This document shows positions 11,009 through 22,293 of a stretch of DNA of 64,000 bases, piece after piece. Origin of the DNA: Centroscyllium fabricii (taxonomy: Eukaryota); NCBI GenBank assembly GCA_051313645.2, contig JBNRSN020000019.1, positions 58,528,001-58,592,000 on the forward strand, in the 5' to 3' direction. The notes below the pieces were generated by a model, which saw only the letters and a program-made list of their open reading frames with translations, did not search any database and was not told where the DNA came from. The position numbers and the translations under genes are program-made. How positions within the stretch are numbered: position 1 is the stretch's first letter; every line of letters starts with the position of its first letter.

Positions 11009-11756
11009 TAAGGGAAGGACTTACTAAAACAGAGGACAAAAAGAAGCAGCGACAAACTGAGAAGTATAAAGAAGACAGCAATAGAAGCAAGAGCCATGCA
11101 AAGTAAAAGAAAGATTAGAAGACAAATCGAAAGACACAGGGACCTGGCACAGGAAATACCGCACTTCAAGTACTCTGCTCTGTCAGTGCAAGGGGCCAGG
11201 AAAATCAGCCTTGCCATTTTCACTTTTGTCCATGAGCAATGCTGTAGGAACTCAATTCGTTTTTAATAACATGTGAAATTACATTTTGCTGAGTCATTTC
11301 TTCAAAGCTGGCAGTTGAATTCCCTCACACCAAAATGACAGCTGGAATGACGATCATTTCATTGTTGCCTTGTATACCGCATTTGGGCAGCTGTCAGCTT
11401 AGCCGAGCGATCCTATATAAATATAAGGATATTCAGTGTCTGCTGTTTATCCACGGAATGCCCCAAATATTTGAACAAATGACCTGCTCTCACCACTGAT
11501 GAACAATTTCCCCACGTTATGTGTGTCAAGTTGAAAATCAGATATTTTTGGCAAAGATGTAAAACCTGAATAATCTGTATCGAATGGAAACTCTTATTGG
11601 TTCCATTATTTCATATTAACAGCAAATGCTTAGCAAAGATCAGGATCAAACATTGTGATCCATATAGCTTGGTGCCACAGTGAATCGACCCACTGAGCGT
11701 CTGGAGCAAGCAAAACATTCCTAATGGTGGAAATAATTATTTTACATTTTGTTTTA

Positions 11757-12546
11757 CATAGAAACATAGAAGGTAGGAGCAGGAGTAGGCCATTCGGCCC
11801 CTCGAGCCTGCTCCGCCATTCGATGAGATCATGGCTGATCATCCAAACTCAGTACCCTGTACCTGCCTTCTCCCCATATCCCTCGATCCCTTTAGCTCTA
11901 AGAAATATATCTAACTCCTTCTTGAATATATTTAATGACTTGGCCTCAACTACATTCTGTGGTAGAGAATTCCACAGGTTCAGCATTCTCTGGGTGAGGA
12001 AATTCCTCCTCATCTCTGTCCTAAATGGCTTACCCCTTATCCTTAGACTGTGACCCCTCGTTCTGGACTCTCCGACCATCGGGAACGTTCTTCCTGCATC
12101 TAGTTTGTCCAGACCTGTCAGAATTTTATAAGTTTCGATGAGAACCCCTCTCATTCTTCTAAACTCCAGCGAGTATAAGCCCAATCGACCCAATCTCTCC
12201 TCATACGTCATTCCTGCCATCCCAGGTATCAGCCTGGTGAATCTTCGCTGAACTCCTTCCATGGCAAGAACATCCTTCCTTAGATAAGGCGACCAAAACT
12301 GCACACAATACTCAAGGTGTGGTCTCACCAAGGCCCTGTACAACTGAAGCAGGACATCTTTGTTCCTGTATTCAAACCCTTTCGCTATGAAGGCCAACAT
12401 ACAATTTGCCTTCTTAACCGCCTGCTGCACCTGCATGCTTACCTTCAGCGACTGGTGCTCAAGGACACCCAGCACCCAGGTCTCGTTGCACTTCCCCTTC
12501 TCCCAATCTATTGCCATTCAAATAATAATCTGTCTTCCTGTTTTTA
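11757..12546 (-). mobile_element. 5'-truncated CR1 LINE (RT C-terminus and tail)
   Basis: ORF 11849..12517 with LYRALVRPHLEYCVQFWSP, RRMRG and RTRGH; CR1 tail. Confidence 0.92.
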
Positions 12547-12707
12547 ATGTGGCAGAACCTGGAGCAGATGGAGTTGGGTGAGTATATTAGTTAAGAGAAG
12601 GCACAAACCTTAGTGGCAAAACTTAATGACTAAGTAAGTGGTTGCTGTAACTTTATATTGTATAAAATAGGACTGGCACAGACTATATAATGGTTGTAAT
12701 ACTCTCA

Positions 12708-13660
12708 GGGCACGAAATTCGTGAGCGCACGGATTGGGCGCTAAATTTGGAGATGTGCTCAAATTTAACGCCGGCGCTAAATTAGCGCCGAGGCGGCCGA
12801 TATTGGCGCTAGCGGTGGCCTTGCAGATTTTGGCGTGAATTCACGCCTTGCACGGCTTCCAGGCGGCCAATATATTGCCGCTAATGGCTGTTCCCGGGCG
12901 CAGCGCTCCCTCACTAACTGCTTGCTTCCCCATGGCCTCTGCAGCCAATTAGCCCTTAAAGGGGAAGCAGAGCAGCCTCTTTCCCTCCCGTTCTCTAATC
13001 ATCTGCCAACCATGGGCCGTCAGCAGTCGCAGCTATCCCTTCCCCGATCTCCGATCAGCAGTCGCGGCCATCCCTTCCCCCCTCCCCGATCAGCAGTCGC
13101 GGCCATCCCTTCCCCCCCCCCGCTCTCCGATTAGCAGCCGATCTCCTCCCCCCACCCCCGCTCTCCGAATAACAGCCGATCTCCTCCTCCCCTCCCCGCT
13201 CTCCGATTAGCAGCCGATCTCCTCCCCCCCCCGATCTCCGATTAGCAGCCGATCTCCTCCTCCCCTCCCCGCTCTCCGATCAACTGGCCCATCGGGACGC
13301 CTCCCCCGCTCTCTGAGCAACTGGCCGATCTCAGGCCGAAGAGGGAGGGTGGCCCTTTTAGCAGCGCTGCAGCGGCCACTCAAACCCGCTGCAGCGCTTT
13401 CAAAAGCTGCCGCTGATCGTGTGGGGGCGGTGGAAAGGCGCTAAGCCCAATATCAAGCGCAGCTCGCCGGGCGGGCGTTGCACACACATTGTCACGACAA
13501 TCGGTGATCGTCAGGCGGCGCAGCGCTAATGTTTAGCGCCGGCGCTAACCACTAGACCAATTTAGCGCCCGCCGCTAATTTGGGCACTACGTCGGCGTTG
13601 GCCCATTAGCGCCGATTTTCTGCGCTAATTGGCCAGCGCTAAGGCGCCAATTTCGCGGCC
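12708..13660. mobile_element. Harbinger-type MITE with internal GC-rich minisatellite (copy 1)
   Basis: TIR GGGCACGAAATT / AATTTCGCGGCC; 3-bp TSD TCA; repeated TAGCGCC subterminal motifs; homologous to 36823-37688. Confidence 0.8.
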
Positions 13661-15358
13661 TCAGGGTTCTGGAGGATAATTTTCAAAGTATTGTAAGGTC
13701 GCAATATTCCCTGTTAAATCGGATCCACAAAGACCAGAAACGAAGGATGGAGTATACACATTTTATTTTATTTGGACAATGGCAGACAAGACAGGCTGCG
13801 GCCTGATCAGAGAAAAGGGGCCTCCAAGATGGCCGCCGGACCACATGGCACAGTACAAACCGAAACCAAAAACCCAACTCGAAAAGCCCGCGAAGAAACC
13901 AGACATAAAGGCGCTGTTAAACCTGGAAATAAATAGCCTGCCTTTTAGAAACCGATTAGCCCGACAAAGAAATGCACCCAGTTTAAATAATCACCCAAAA
14001 CAACTGCAGAAACGAAGCAGCTGGTCCGTTCAGCCAGCTACAGAAATTGTATACCCTTCCAGCAGAAAGCGATTAGCACCCTTAAAAACAAAGGAGAGCT
14101 CTAATGGAGAAGTTAGAGCCACCATCAAACTATTACCGGCAGGCTTGGCTGGACAAAAGGGGTGCAATAACCGCTTTCCACACACAATACAGGCTCTAAT
14201 GGGAAAGACATTAGGCAGTTCGACTTTGGGGTATAACTGGCAGCACATTTCTAGAATTCTCTCTCTTGTAACAGACTCTCTGGAAAATCTCTTCTCATCT
14301 GTGGGCTCTCTGGAGAGGGCTCTCTGGTAGAATCTCTCTTGGAAAAATAGCTGAAGGAAAGAGCTCTTAGAGAAGGCTCTTGGAATCGACTCGTGGAGGC
14401 GACCTCTTGAAGCGGTGAGGTCTAGCAGTGACTTTGGGTGGGCTGTCTTTCTCGAAGACTCCAGTTCAGTTTTCTGGGTGCAGGGCAAGCAGGGTGCAGG
14501 CTCTGGCAGGACAGCAGAGTTGGGTCATTAGCGAAGCAAATATTCAAAGTGAGTGAGTTAGAAAAGGCTGGTTGCAGTTGCATTCGAAGAGTGGGAGAAC
14601 AATTAGGCTAGCAGCCCGTTACAGTTCGGCTTGAGAGGGCAGGATCGGCATACCCCAGGGTCCGGTTCAGCCAGGGAGACGGTGCGGTTGGTGTGAGAAG
14701 GTAGAGCAGCCTCGAGGAATCCGTCCGGGACCAGCCCGAGCAGGAGCGACCGCCGCCCAAAGGGAGAAAACAACGAGTGGACTCCCGAATCTTCCACAGC
14801 CACGTGACGACCGACGCTGCAGCCGAAGAAACGAGGGACTTCGTAGCAGAACCCGAGTATTACCGAGTGGTGAGCATGTGCATTGATCCTACACACCTGG
14901 ACATAGCTAGGCAATAGAGGGAAGGGTGGTTCGTTTGGGGTGTAATTTTAGAGTCATTGCCCCGATTTACGATGTGTCGTGCGTTCCCCATCCTATGAGT
15001 TGTTTGTGTATGTGCATATATATATATATCTATTTGGGAACAATTGTTGGTGTTCCATACTGTGTTGACCCGAGAAAACACCATCTAACTGCTGTAAATA
15101 TATCTCTTGATGTAATAAAATCTTCCAACTTTGCAAACTTTTATTCGAGTCAATAGTCTGAGTCCAATCGGCATCCATCTCGTCTCTCTCTCTCTCTCTT
15201 CCTGCACCTAAGTCCAGCGTCTAGAACCGTAAAGAGTGAGCGATTCGAACCGCTCGCGGGGGAGGAGGTTATTGCGCGAGGCCTAGCGGACTGCTAGCGC
15301 AAGGCAATAACGGACCCCAAGTCGTACAGTAAAATATACGGCGCACGCTCCTTACAGA

Positions 15359-17281
15359 ATGGCAACCGCGGCAGGACGCTGGCAGCAGGAGAGAGATCTA
15401 TTGGACTCAGCTTTGAATAAAAGAAGCGTAATGGAGGAAAGGATTGCTGACTATGTATTTAGTAAAGTAAATTTAACAAAGCAGTGGATTGGGGACCTGT
15501 TGGCAGACAAACGCCCACTGGATGCAGCTATCCGTTGGACGGGTAGCAAGGGGCATAAAAAGGCCGTAGAGAAAGCCGTATGGCTAATGTGTTATAAAAG
15601 GCAGGTCCAGCTTTCGGACCAGGTGATTGCGGCGCAGACCGCGCAGATAAAAGGGTTGGTCCTAGAAGTGGAGGAAAAGGTCTCAGGGGGGCAGCGGTTA
15701 ATCACCGCGCTAGAGGCTCTAAATAATGAGCGCCAGGTGAAGACCAACCGCCATGAAGCTAGGGTTGAGCTCCTAGAGAGACAAGTCGTAGAGGCCATGT
15801 CAAGTGAAGGGAAGCTCAGGGAAAGGTGCGTCCGCCTAAGTGGCCAATTGAAGGCACAGGAGGAGGATTTACTGGGGATGAGGGCAGCTTACAAAATGTC
15901 CCTCGAGGCCAAATATGAGGACGCCGATCATAGCGCCTGTTTAAAGGAGATTCAGGACCTCAGGGAGGCCCTGAACAAGTCAAATGGTCTGGTGTGCCTC
16001 ATCGACCCATCGGTGGGTGAGGTAAAGGTAGCTCAGGAACCCCCGAAGCCAAAGTTAAGGAGGAGGGCGCCGGAGGCACCAGCCCCCGCGCTCCCCGCGC
16101 GATCACCCCACTATACGCAAGCATGGGAGAAAGGGGACAGAGAGGAGGTGGCGGCAAAGGTTCCCAAAGTGGGGAATCCAGACCCGGCACCCATGTGTCC
16201 GGTTCGAGAGACGAGGCGGGGTCCCGACACTGCGGCTGGGGATCCCGGGCCCATCCTGAATGAGGTTATAGTGCCCCATAGCTCGCAACAGATAAGGAGC
16301 ATGATAGGGCATTTCAGGAAGCTGTCCGCAGCAGGCGATCCGTCCCTGCATTTTAGGGAGGTCGAACAGGCCGCAGCAATTAACGGCTGTGACGAAGGGG
16401 AGCAAGCCAGGATGTTGCTTTTCTCGTTGGATAGCTCTATCCTTCAGTGTCTCTCCGACGAGAGCAAAAGGGGGGAGAATTGTTATAACGACCTGCGGGA
16501 CGAGGTCCTAGAAATATTAGGGATGGACGATGAAGGTCCGTTTGTAAGGCTGGGTAGGACCGTGCAGATGGAGGGAGAACCCCCACGGGTTTTCGCCGGG
16601 AGGCTGTGGCCTGTGTATCAGCGCAGCTGCCCAGATGTACCTGCACGGGCTGTTTTGCGCGATGCCGGGAGAGCCCAGTGGCTCCGGTGTATCGTTGCCA
16701 ACAGCCTACCCGCCGTTAGAGAGCAGGCGAAGGTGTGGTTTGACCCCACCGATGCTCTAACCACAGAGGAGACGGTCCTCAACCGACTCACGGTTGGGTA
16801 TAAAAATACAAGGAGTTCGGTGATGCACTGCGAAAAGGGGAAGGTGTATGCGACTAACGCAAACGCCCCAGCGCAGAGAGAGTGGTATCAGGAGGGGGGC
16901 AACCCGGGGCAGTCTACATGTCATAGATGCGGGAAGGCAGGCCACTGGCGCAGAGACTGTAGAGCCCCGTGGAGGGAGGTCAAGGAAAGAGCTCCCGCAG
17001 CCCCAGCCCGAGCACCCACTCCCACAGGAGGTGCCGGCGCCACTCTAAGTCCCGAAACAATTGAGTCCATGCTGGAAGCCATGAAGTTTTATATGACTTC
17101 CCAGGGGAAGGTAGCCCCAACCCGAGCACCCGCTCCCACAGGAGGTGCCGGGGCGACCTTAAGTCCCGAGACGATTGAGTCCACGCTGGGGGCCATGAAG
17201 TTGTATATGGCTTCCCAGGGGAAGGCAGCGGTGGCCACCGGTTCCGCAGGCACCGCAGCCCCTCACGTGGAAACCCAATGA
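15359..17281 (+). CDS. gag: Gag of element B (coiled-coil N-region, capsid-like region, one CCHC knuckle)
   Basis: 640-aa open ORF; heptad-rich N-half; Q-x-E-G-E-x-P capsid-like motif; CHRCGKAGHWRRDC. Confidence 0.85.
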   Translation: MATAAGRWQQERDLLDSALNKRSVMEERIADYVFSKVNLTKQWIGDLLADKRPLDAAIRWTGSKGHKKAVEKAVWLMCYKRQVQLSDQVIAAQTAQIKGLVLEVEEKVSGGQRLITALEALNNERQVKTNRHEARVELLERQVVEAMSSEGKLRERCVRLSGQLKAQEEDLLGMRAAYKMSLEAKYEDADHSACLKEIQDLREALNKSNGLVCLIDPSVGEVKVAQEPPKPKLRRRAPEAPAPALPARSPHYTQAWEKGDREEVAAKVPKVGNPDPAPMCPVRETRRGPDTAAGDPGPILNEVIVPHSSQQIRSMIGHFRKLSAAGDPSLHFREVEQAAAINGCDEGEQARMLLFSLDSSILQCLSDESKRGENCYNDLRDEVLEILGMDDEGPFVRLGRTVQMEGEPPRVFAGRLWPVYQRSCPDVPARAVLRDAGRAQWLRCIVANSLPAVREQAKVWFDPTDALTTEETVLNRLTVGYKNTRSSVMHCEKGKVYATNANAPAQREWYQEGGNPGQSTCHRCGKAGHWRRDCRAPWREVKERAPAAPARAPTPTGGAGATLSPETIESMLEAMKFYMTSQGKVAPTRAPAPTGGAGATLSPETIESTLGAMKLYMASQGKAAVATGSAGTAAPHVETQ

Positions 17282-18952
17282 CTAAGACCCGCGCTGCCCA
17301 TTTACCTGTGTCCGCTCCGTTACGATGCATGGAGGAGACCTCTGGTGGAAATGGAGGTGGAGAGACAGGAGGGGAATTATCTGTTGGATACGGGGGCCTC
17401 ATGCACCGTGATCCACACAGAGAAGCCGTTTAATTCCCCAATGTCCACCGGAGTCCCTTTTGCATTAGCCGGGTTTACGGGCAAGGAACAGGGGGGCGCG
17501 CGCTCAGCGGCAGTAGGGGAAGAAGGGGAGATCTTCATCCACAAGGTGAAGGCTCACTCTTCCACGGAACCACGTGGGGGAGGCAATCAGCGGGCGGATG
17601 CGCTGGCCAAGGAGGGTGCTCGTGAAGGCATTTTCTGGGACCCCTACGGGTCCGGACCTGTGGCAGCGATCCGGGATAAGGAGGGGAACCGCCTCAGGGT
17701 ACCCCTGCCTTTGGATCTCAAAACGGTCCAAAACCAGGATCCCGTTTTAAAAGCTGTCCTCAAAGCTATTAGTGAGGACAAGCAGGTAGAGGGCCCATAC
17801 AATAGGGCGACCCTCTCCGTTAAGGAAGGAATGTTGTTCAGGGAGGAACAGTGGGTTGTGCCGCAGCAGCACAGGAGGGAATTTCTCCAATTGGCCCACG
17901 AGGGTCCAGGAGCAGGGCACCCCGGGCCAGAGGTTACGTGGCAACGGGTGGATATAAACCAGTGTAAGAGGTATAAGTCGGGCACGCAGGGGTCGACCAC
18001 AGGGGCAAGCCCTGTGAGTGGGAACGCCCAGCCAAGTGCAGGACCACAGGTCGCGCAGGCAGGCAAAGTAGCCTGCGTGAAAGGAGAGGCCCCGATGGAG
18101 GAGAGGAGGGTCTCTCGTGCTGTGTGGGATTCGGATGGGGAGGAGCCGGACCAACACGACCAAGTGTTGGATCCGATGGACCAACACGACCAAGTGTTGG
18201 ATCCGAGTGGCCAACCCGACCAAGGGTTGGACCTGATTGACCTATGCGACCCAGTGCTAGAGTCAATCACAGGGGAGGAGGAGGGGTCGGAGGACGGGGG
18301 TTCCGTTCTCGACTCGAATGCCGACGAGGTAGGGATAGCGGGCGGAGACTCACCACCTGAGGAGATAGGTGAGGTGAGGTCAGAAGCCGCAAGAGATCCC
18401 AGTCCCGGGGAAGCGAAGCTGAAGGAGGGAGGGTCGATGCTGGCGGCTGTGAGGGAGTCACAGGCTGCAGCACGATCCGGCCCGGCCTTCAGTTCGTCGA
18501 CGAGGCGAGAGGAGGGAGCGTCGATGCTGACAGATGTGACGGGGTCACAGGCTGTAGCACGACCTGGCCCGGTCCTCAGGTCGTCGACCCAGGGGGCTCT
18601 CGGTCCCAGGGAGGCGAAGCTGGAGGGAGAGGGGTTGGTGCTGGCAGATGTGACGGGGTCACAGGCTGCAGCACAACCTGGCTCGGTCCTCAGTTCGTCG
18701 GCCCAGGGAGCAGTACCTAAAGGCACCCTCCGTCGATCGGATAGGATACCCCCGCCCAGGAAAGCTTGGCCAGAACCGTCATATGCCCTCAGGTATAGGA
18801 AAAGCCCCCGCAAAAGGATAATTATCCACCCCCGACAAGCAGCACCAGGCTGCGGAGAATCAAAGGCAGCGACAGGCTGCGGGGAACCAAAGGGAAGGGT
18901 CAGCAAGGCACCGCCACGGGGAGCGGCCCACTACGACCCTGACAGGGGATAG
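17282..18952 (+). CDS. Internally deleted Pol of element B (protease N-half, RNase H C-end, integrase HH, integrase C-end, acidic tail), in frame with gag across TGA
   Basis: YLLDTGAS; IHKVKAHS...GNQRADALAK; LAHEGPGAGHPG; DINQCKRY; no RT or DDE motifs. Confidence 0.8.
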   Translation, partial: LRPALPIYLCPLRYDAWRRPLVEMEVERQEGNYLLDTGASCTVIHTEKPFNSPMSTGVPFALAGFTGKEQGGARSAAVGEEGEIFIHKVKAHSSTEPRGGGNQRADALAKEGAREGIFWDPYGSGPVAAIRDKEGNRLRVPLPLDLKTVQNQDPVLKAVLKAISEDKQVEGPYNRATLSVKEGMLFREEQWVVPQQHRREFLQLAHEGPGAGHPGPEVTWQRVDINQCKRYKSGTQGSTTGASPVSGNAQPSAGPQVAQAGKVACVKGEAPMEERRVSRAVWDSDGEEPDQHDQVLDPMDQHDQVLDPSGQPDQGLDLIDLCDPVLESITGEEEGSEDGGSVLDSNADEVGIAGGDSPPEEIGEVRSEAARDPSPGEAKLKEGGSMLAAVRESQAAARSGPAFSSSTRREEGASMLTDVTGSQAVARPGPVLRSSTQGALGPREAKLEGEGLVLADVTGSQAAAQPGSVLSSSAQGAVPKGTLRRSDRIPPPRKAWPEPSYALRYRKSPRKRIIIHPRQAAPGCGESKAATGCGEPKGRVSKAPPRGAAHYDPDRG

Positions 18953-21900
18953 GTAGGCCGCCCGGGAGAGGCGGCACTGTATATAATGAAAATAATAAGT
19001 TTGGTAGTGTTAAGGGAGTAGCCCGAATTAAGTGTTGAATTTTGTTAAAGGTGAAGGGGAATGTTTAGGTAATATGGGATCTGTCCAGGAGGCGTGCACA
19101 TCTCACCACAGCCAGGCGCTCTTGGGAGGCCGGCAACCCCTTTGTTTGATTACAGAACCCAGAGAGGCGGGGATTCTGATGACGTGTGCGGGCATCAAAG
19201 ATGGACTGGCCTGCCGGGGCCACACCGGGGAGTACGGACGGCTGGGAACGGACCCAATGGAGCATCCCAGCACGTCGGAATCTGCTTGTGGAGAGACTTG
19301 GTTTTATGTGCCCCGGATCAAGACCATCGCACCCAGGACCGGCGCTATCATCGGTAAAAGGACTTACCTTGTTGAGGGATAGGAAGATCCCAGCGAGCCG
19401 ATGGTGGTGGCTGCAGAAGACCGCCAGAACACTGTACAAACTTTGGGGACAAATGGGGGGATTGGTGAAGGGGAATGTGTGTGTTTATATGTTCCGGATG
19501 GTTGTGTGATGTTTTTCAAGTTAATAAATGATGTAAACAGGTGGAGACGAAGGCATCGGCCTGGCAGACGTGGAAGGAACCAGGAGGTGTAAGCCATGGT
19601 TGTGTAAATATACGATTGCCCAGGGTAAAGGCAATGCGAGGTTGATCAAAGGGAATGGGAACCGCATGTGTCATGGGGCAAGAGTTAATTTAGGTAACCA
19701 GGAGAGTTGAGGTGTGGAGAATCGGGAATCTTGCTCAACCTTTCTTAATTGATTCGCTAAGCAGGGTTATGCTAATCAACAGGAGGGACTGTAAGGTCGC
19801 AATATTCCCTGTTAAATCGGATCCACAAAGACCAGAAACGAAGGATGGAGTATACACATTTTATTTTATTTGGACAATGGCAGACAAGACAGGCTGCGGC
19901 CTGATCAGAGAAAAGGGGCCTCCAAGATGGCCGCCGGACCACATGGCACAGTACAAACCGAAACCAAAAACCCAACTCGAAAAGCCCGCGAAGAAACCAG
20001 ACATAAAGGCGCTGTTAAACCTGGAAATAAATAGCCTGCCTTTTAGAAACCGATTAGCCCGACAAAGAAATGCACCCAGTTTAAATAATCACCCAAAACA
20101 ACTGCAGAAACGAAGCAGCTGGTCCGTTCAGCCAGCTACAGAAATTGTATACCCTTCCAGCAGAAAGCGATTAGCACCCTTAAAAACAAAGGAGAGCTCT
20201 AATGGAGAAGTTAGAGCCACCATCAAACTATTACCGGCAGGCTTGGCTGGACAAAAGGGGTGCAATAACCGCTTTCCACACACAATACAGGCTCTAATGG
20301 GAAAGACATTAGGCAGTTCGACTTTGGGGTATAACTGGCAGCACATTTCTAGAATTCTCTCTCTTGTAACAGACTCTCTGGAAAATCTCTTCTCATCTGT
20401 GGGCTCTCTGGAGAGGGCTCTCTGGTAGAATCTCTCTTGGAAAAATAGCTGAAGGAAAGAGCTCTTAGAGAAGGCTCTTGGAATCGACTCGTGGAGGCGA
20501 CCTCTTGAAGCGGTGAGGTCTAGCAGTGACTTTGGGTGGGCTGTCTTTCTCGAAGACTCCAGTTCAGTTTTCTGGGTGCAGGGCAAGCAGGGTGCAGGCT
20601 CTGGCAGGACAGCAGAGTTGGGTCATTAGCAAAGCAAATATTCAAAGTGAGTGAGTTAGAAAAGGCTGGTTGCAGTTGCATTCGAAGAGTGGGAGAACAA
20701 TTAGGCTAGCAGCCCGTTACAGTTCGGCTTGAGAGGGCAGGATCGGCATACCCCAGGGTCCGGTTCAGCCAGGGAGACGGTGCGGTTGGTGTGAGAAGGT
20801 AGAGCAGCCTCGAGGAATCCGTCCGGGACCAGCCCGAGCAGGAGCGACCGCCGCCCAAAGGGAGAAAACAACGAGTGGACTCCCGAATCTTCCACAGCCA
20901 CGTGACGACCGACGCTGCAGCCGAAGAAACGAGGGACTTCGTAGCAGAACCCGAGTATTACCGAGTGGTGAGCATGTGCATTGATCCTACACACCTGGAC
21001 ATAGCTAGGCAATAGAGGGAAGGGTGGTTCGTTTGGGGTGTAATTTTAGAGTCATTGCCCCGATTTACGATGTGTCGTGCGTTCCCCATCCTATGAGTTG
21101 TTTGTGTATGTGCATATATATATATATCTATTTGGGAACAATTGTTGGTGTTCCATACTGTGTTGACCCGAGAAAACACCATCTAACTGCTGTAAATATA
21201 TCTCTTGATGTAATAAAATCTTCCAACTTTGCAAACTTTTATTCGAGTCAATAGTCTGAGTCCAATCGGCATCCATCTCGTCTCTCTCTCTCTCTCTTCC
21301 TGCACCTAAGTCCAGCGTCTAGAACCGTAAAGAGTGAGCGATTCGAACCGCTCGCGGGGGAGGAGGTTATTGCGCGAGGCCTAGCGGACTGCTAGCGCAA
21401 GGCAATAACGGACCCCAAGTCGTACAGTAAAATATACGGCGCACGCTCCTTACAGTATGTGCTGTCGACAGGGAACCCTGCAAGCTGGTAGCGCATATCG
21501 GAGATCTTTCATACACTGACATCAATTTTATTTGTGCCTGTTTATATTTCTGATGGAACTTAACTTGCACAGAGGGCAGAGCGGTCTGTCAGCTGCTTGC
21601 TGTGGAATTGAGGACTGATTTTGTTTTACTTTCCTTCCATATATCACGGTTTCTGCTTCTCTTTGTCAGCAACTATTTATGTCCTATGAGGTAACTTTAA
21701 CTTTTGGCAGTAGTGTAAAACCGGCAATATCAGATTGGCCGCCCGTTAAACATCTCTCCCCATTTTTCTTTCTGTTGACTTCGAAAATTGGGAGCAGTGT
21801 ATAACGAGCGGCCAATCCGACCCATTTGACATCCCCATTGTATCATCGACTCTTTTTCAGTGTTTCTCTGTACCACCATTCCTTGATGTGTTTCCCAATG

Positions 21901-22293
21901 ATCCCTTTCTACAGTAGTTCTCCTCTGTTTCAGGTTTTCCCCAACCCATCATATACATACAGCATTTTTTATACAACTCTTCTTTGTTTCTTTCTATTAA
22001 GTCCGCGCTATCAAGGATTAATAACGACAGACTCGACATTAAAGGTACAACTCAAGGTGATGTTTACTGGTCATAGTAAATCTGGAACTAACCTGTAGCA
22101 CTCCTCGTGCTTACATGAGTGGTGAACCGCAGTACTGCAATGTACTGACGTGCACAAAGTAGTGCCCAATGATAATTAAGCATTTCACTATGTACATACA
22201 CCACATTCCTCCCCACTTAATTAACCTTTACGGTACATTATTCAGTATAGGGTGAGGACTAGCAAAACTATATACACATGATAATATTTACAA

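Larger units (their letters stand above)
13692..21454 (+). mobile_element. Retrovirus/lokiretrovirus-like LTR element B, non-autonomous, 1665-bp LTRs (13692-15356, 19790-21454)
   Basis: TGTAAG...CTTACA LTRs, nearly identical (one substitution noticed); 4-bp TSD GTAT; PBS-like TGGCAACCGCGGCAGGA at 15360; PPT AACAGGAGGGAC. Confidence 0.93.

Noticed and set aside
13779-14488. 183-aa and 152-aa ORFs inside the long LTR (duplicated in the 3' LTR)
   Set aside because: No motifs; the duplication only reflects LTR identity. An accessory gene cannot be excluded without expression data
15241-15255. Minus-strand B box GGTTCGAATC suggesting a tRNA gene in the LTR
   Set aside because: No A box or tRNA cloverleaf on that strand; stem wobbles favour the plus strand
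17644-18906. 420-aa antisense ORF in element B
   Set aside because: Codon-register mirror of the GC-rich repetitive sense ORF; no recognisable domain
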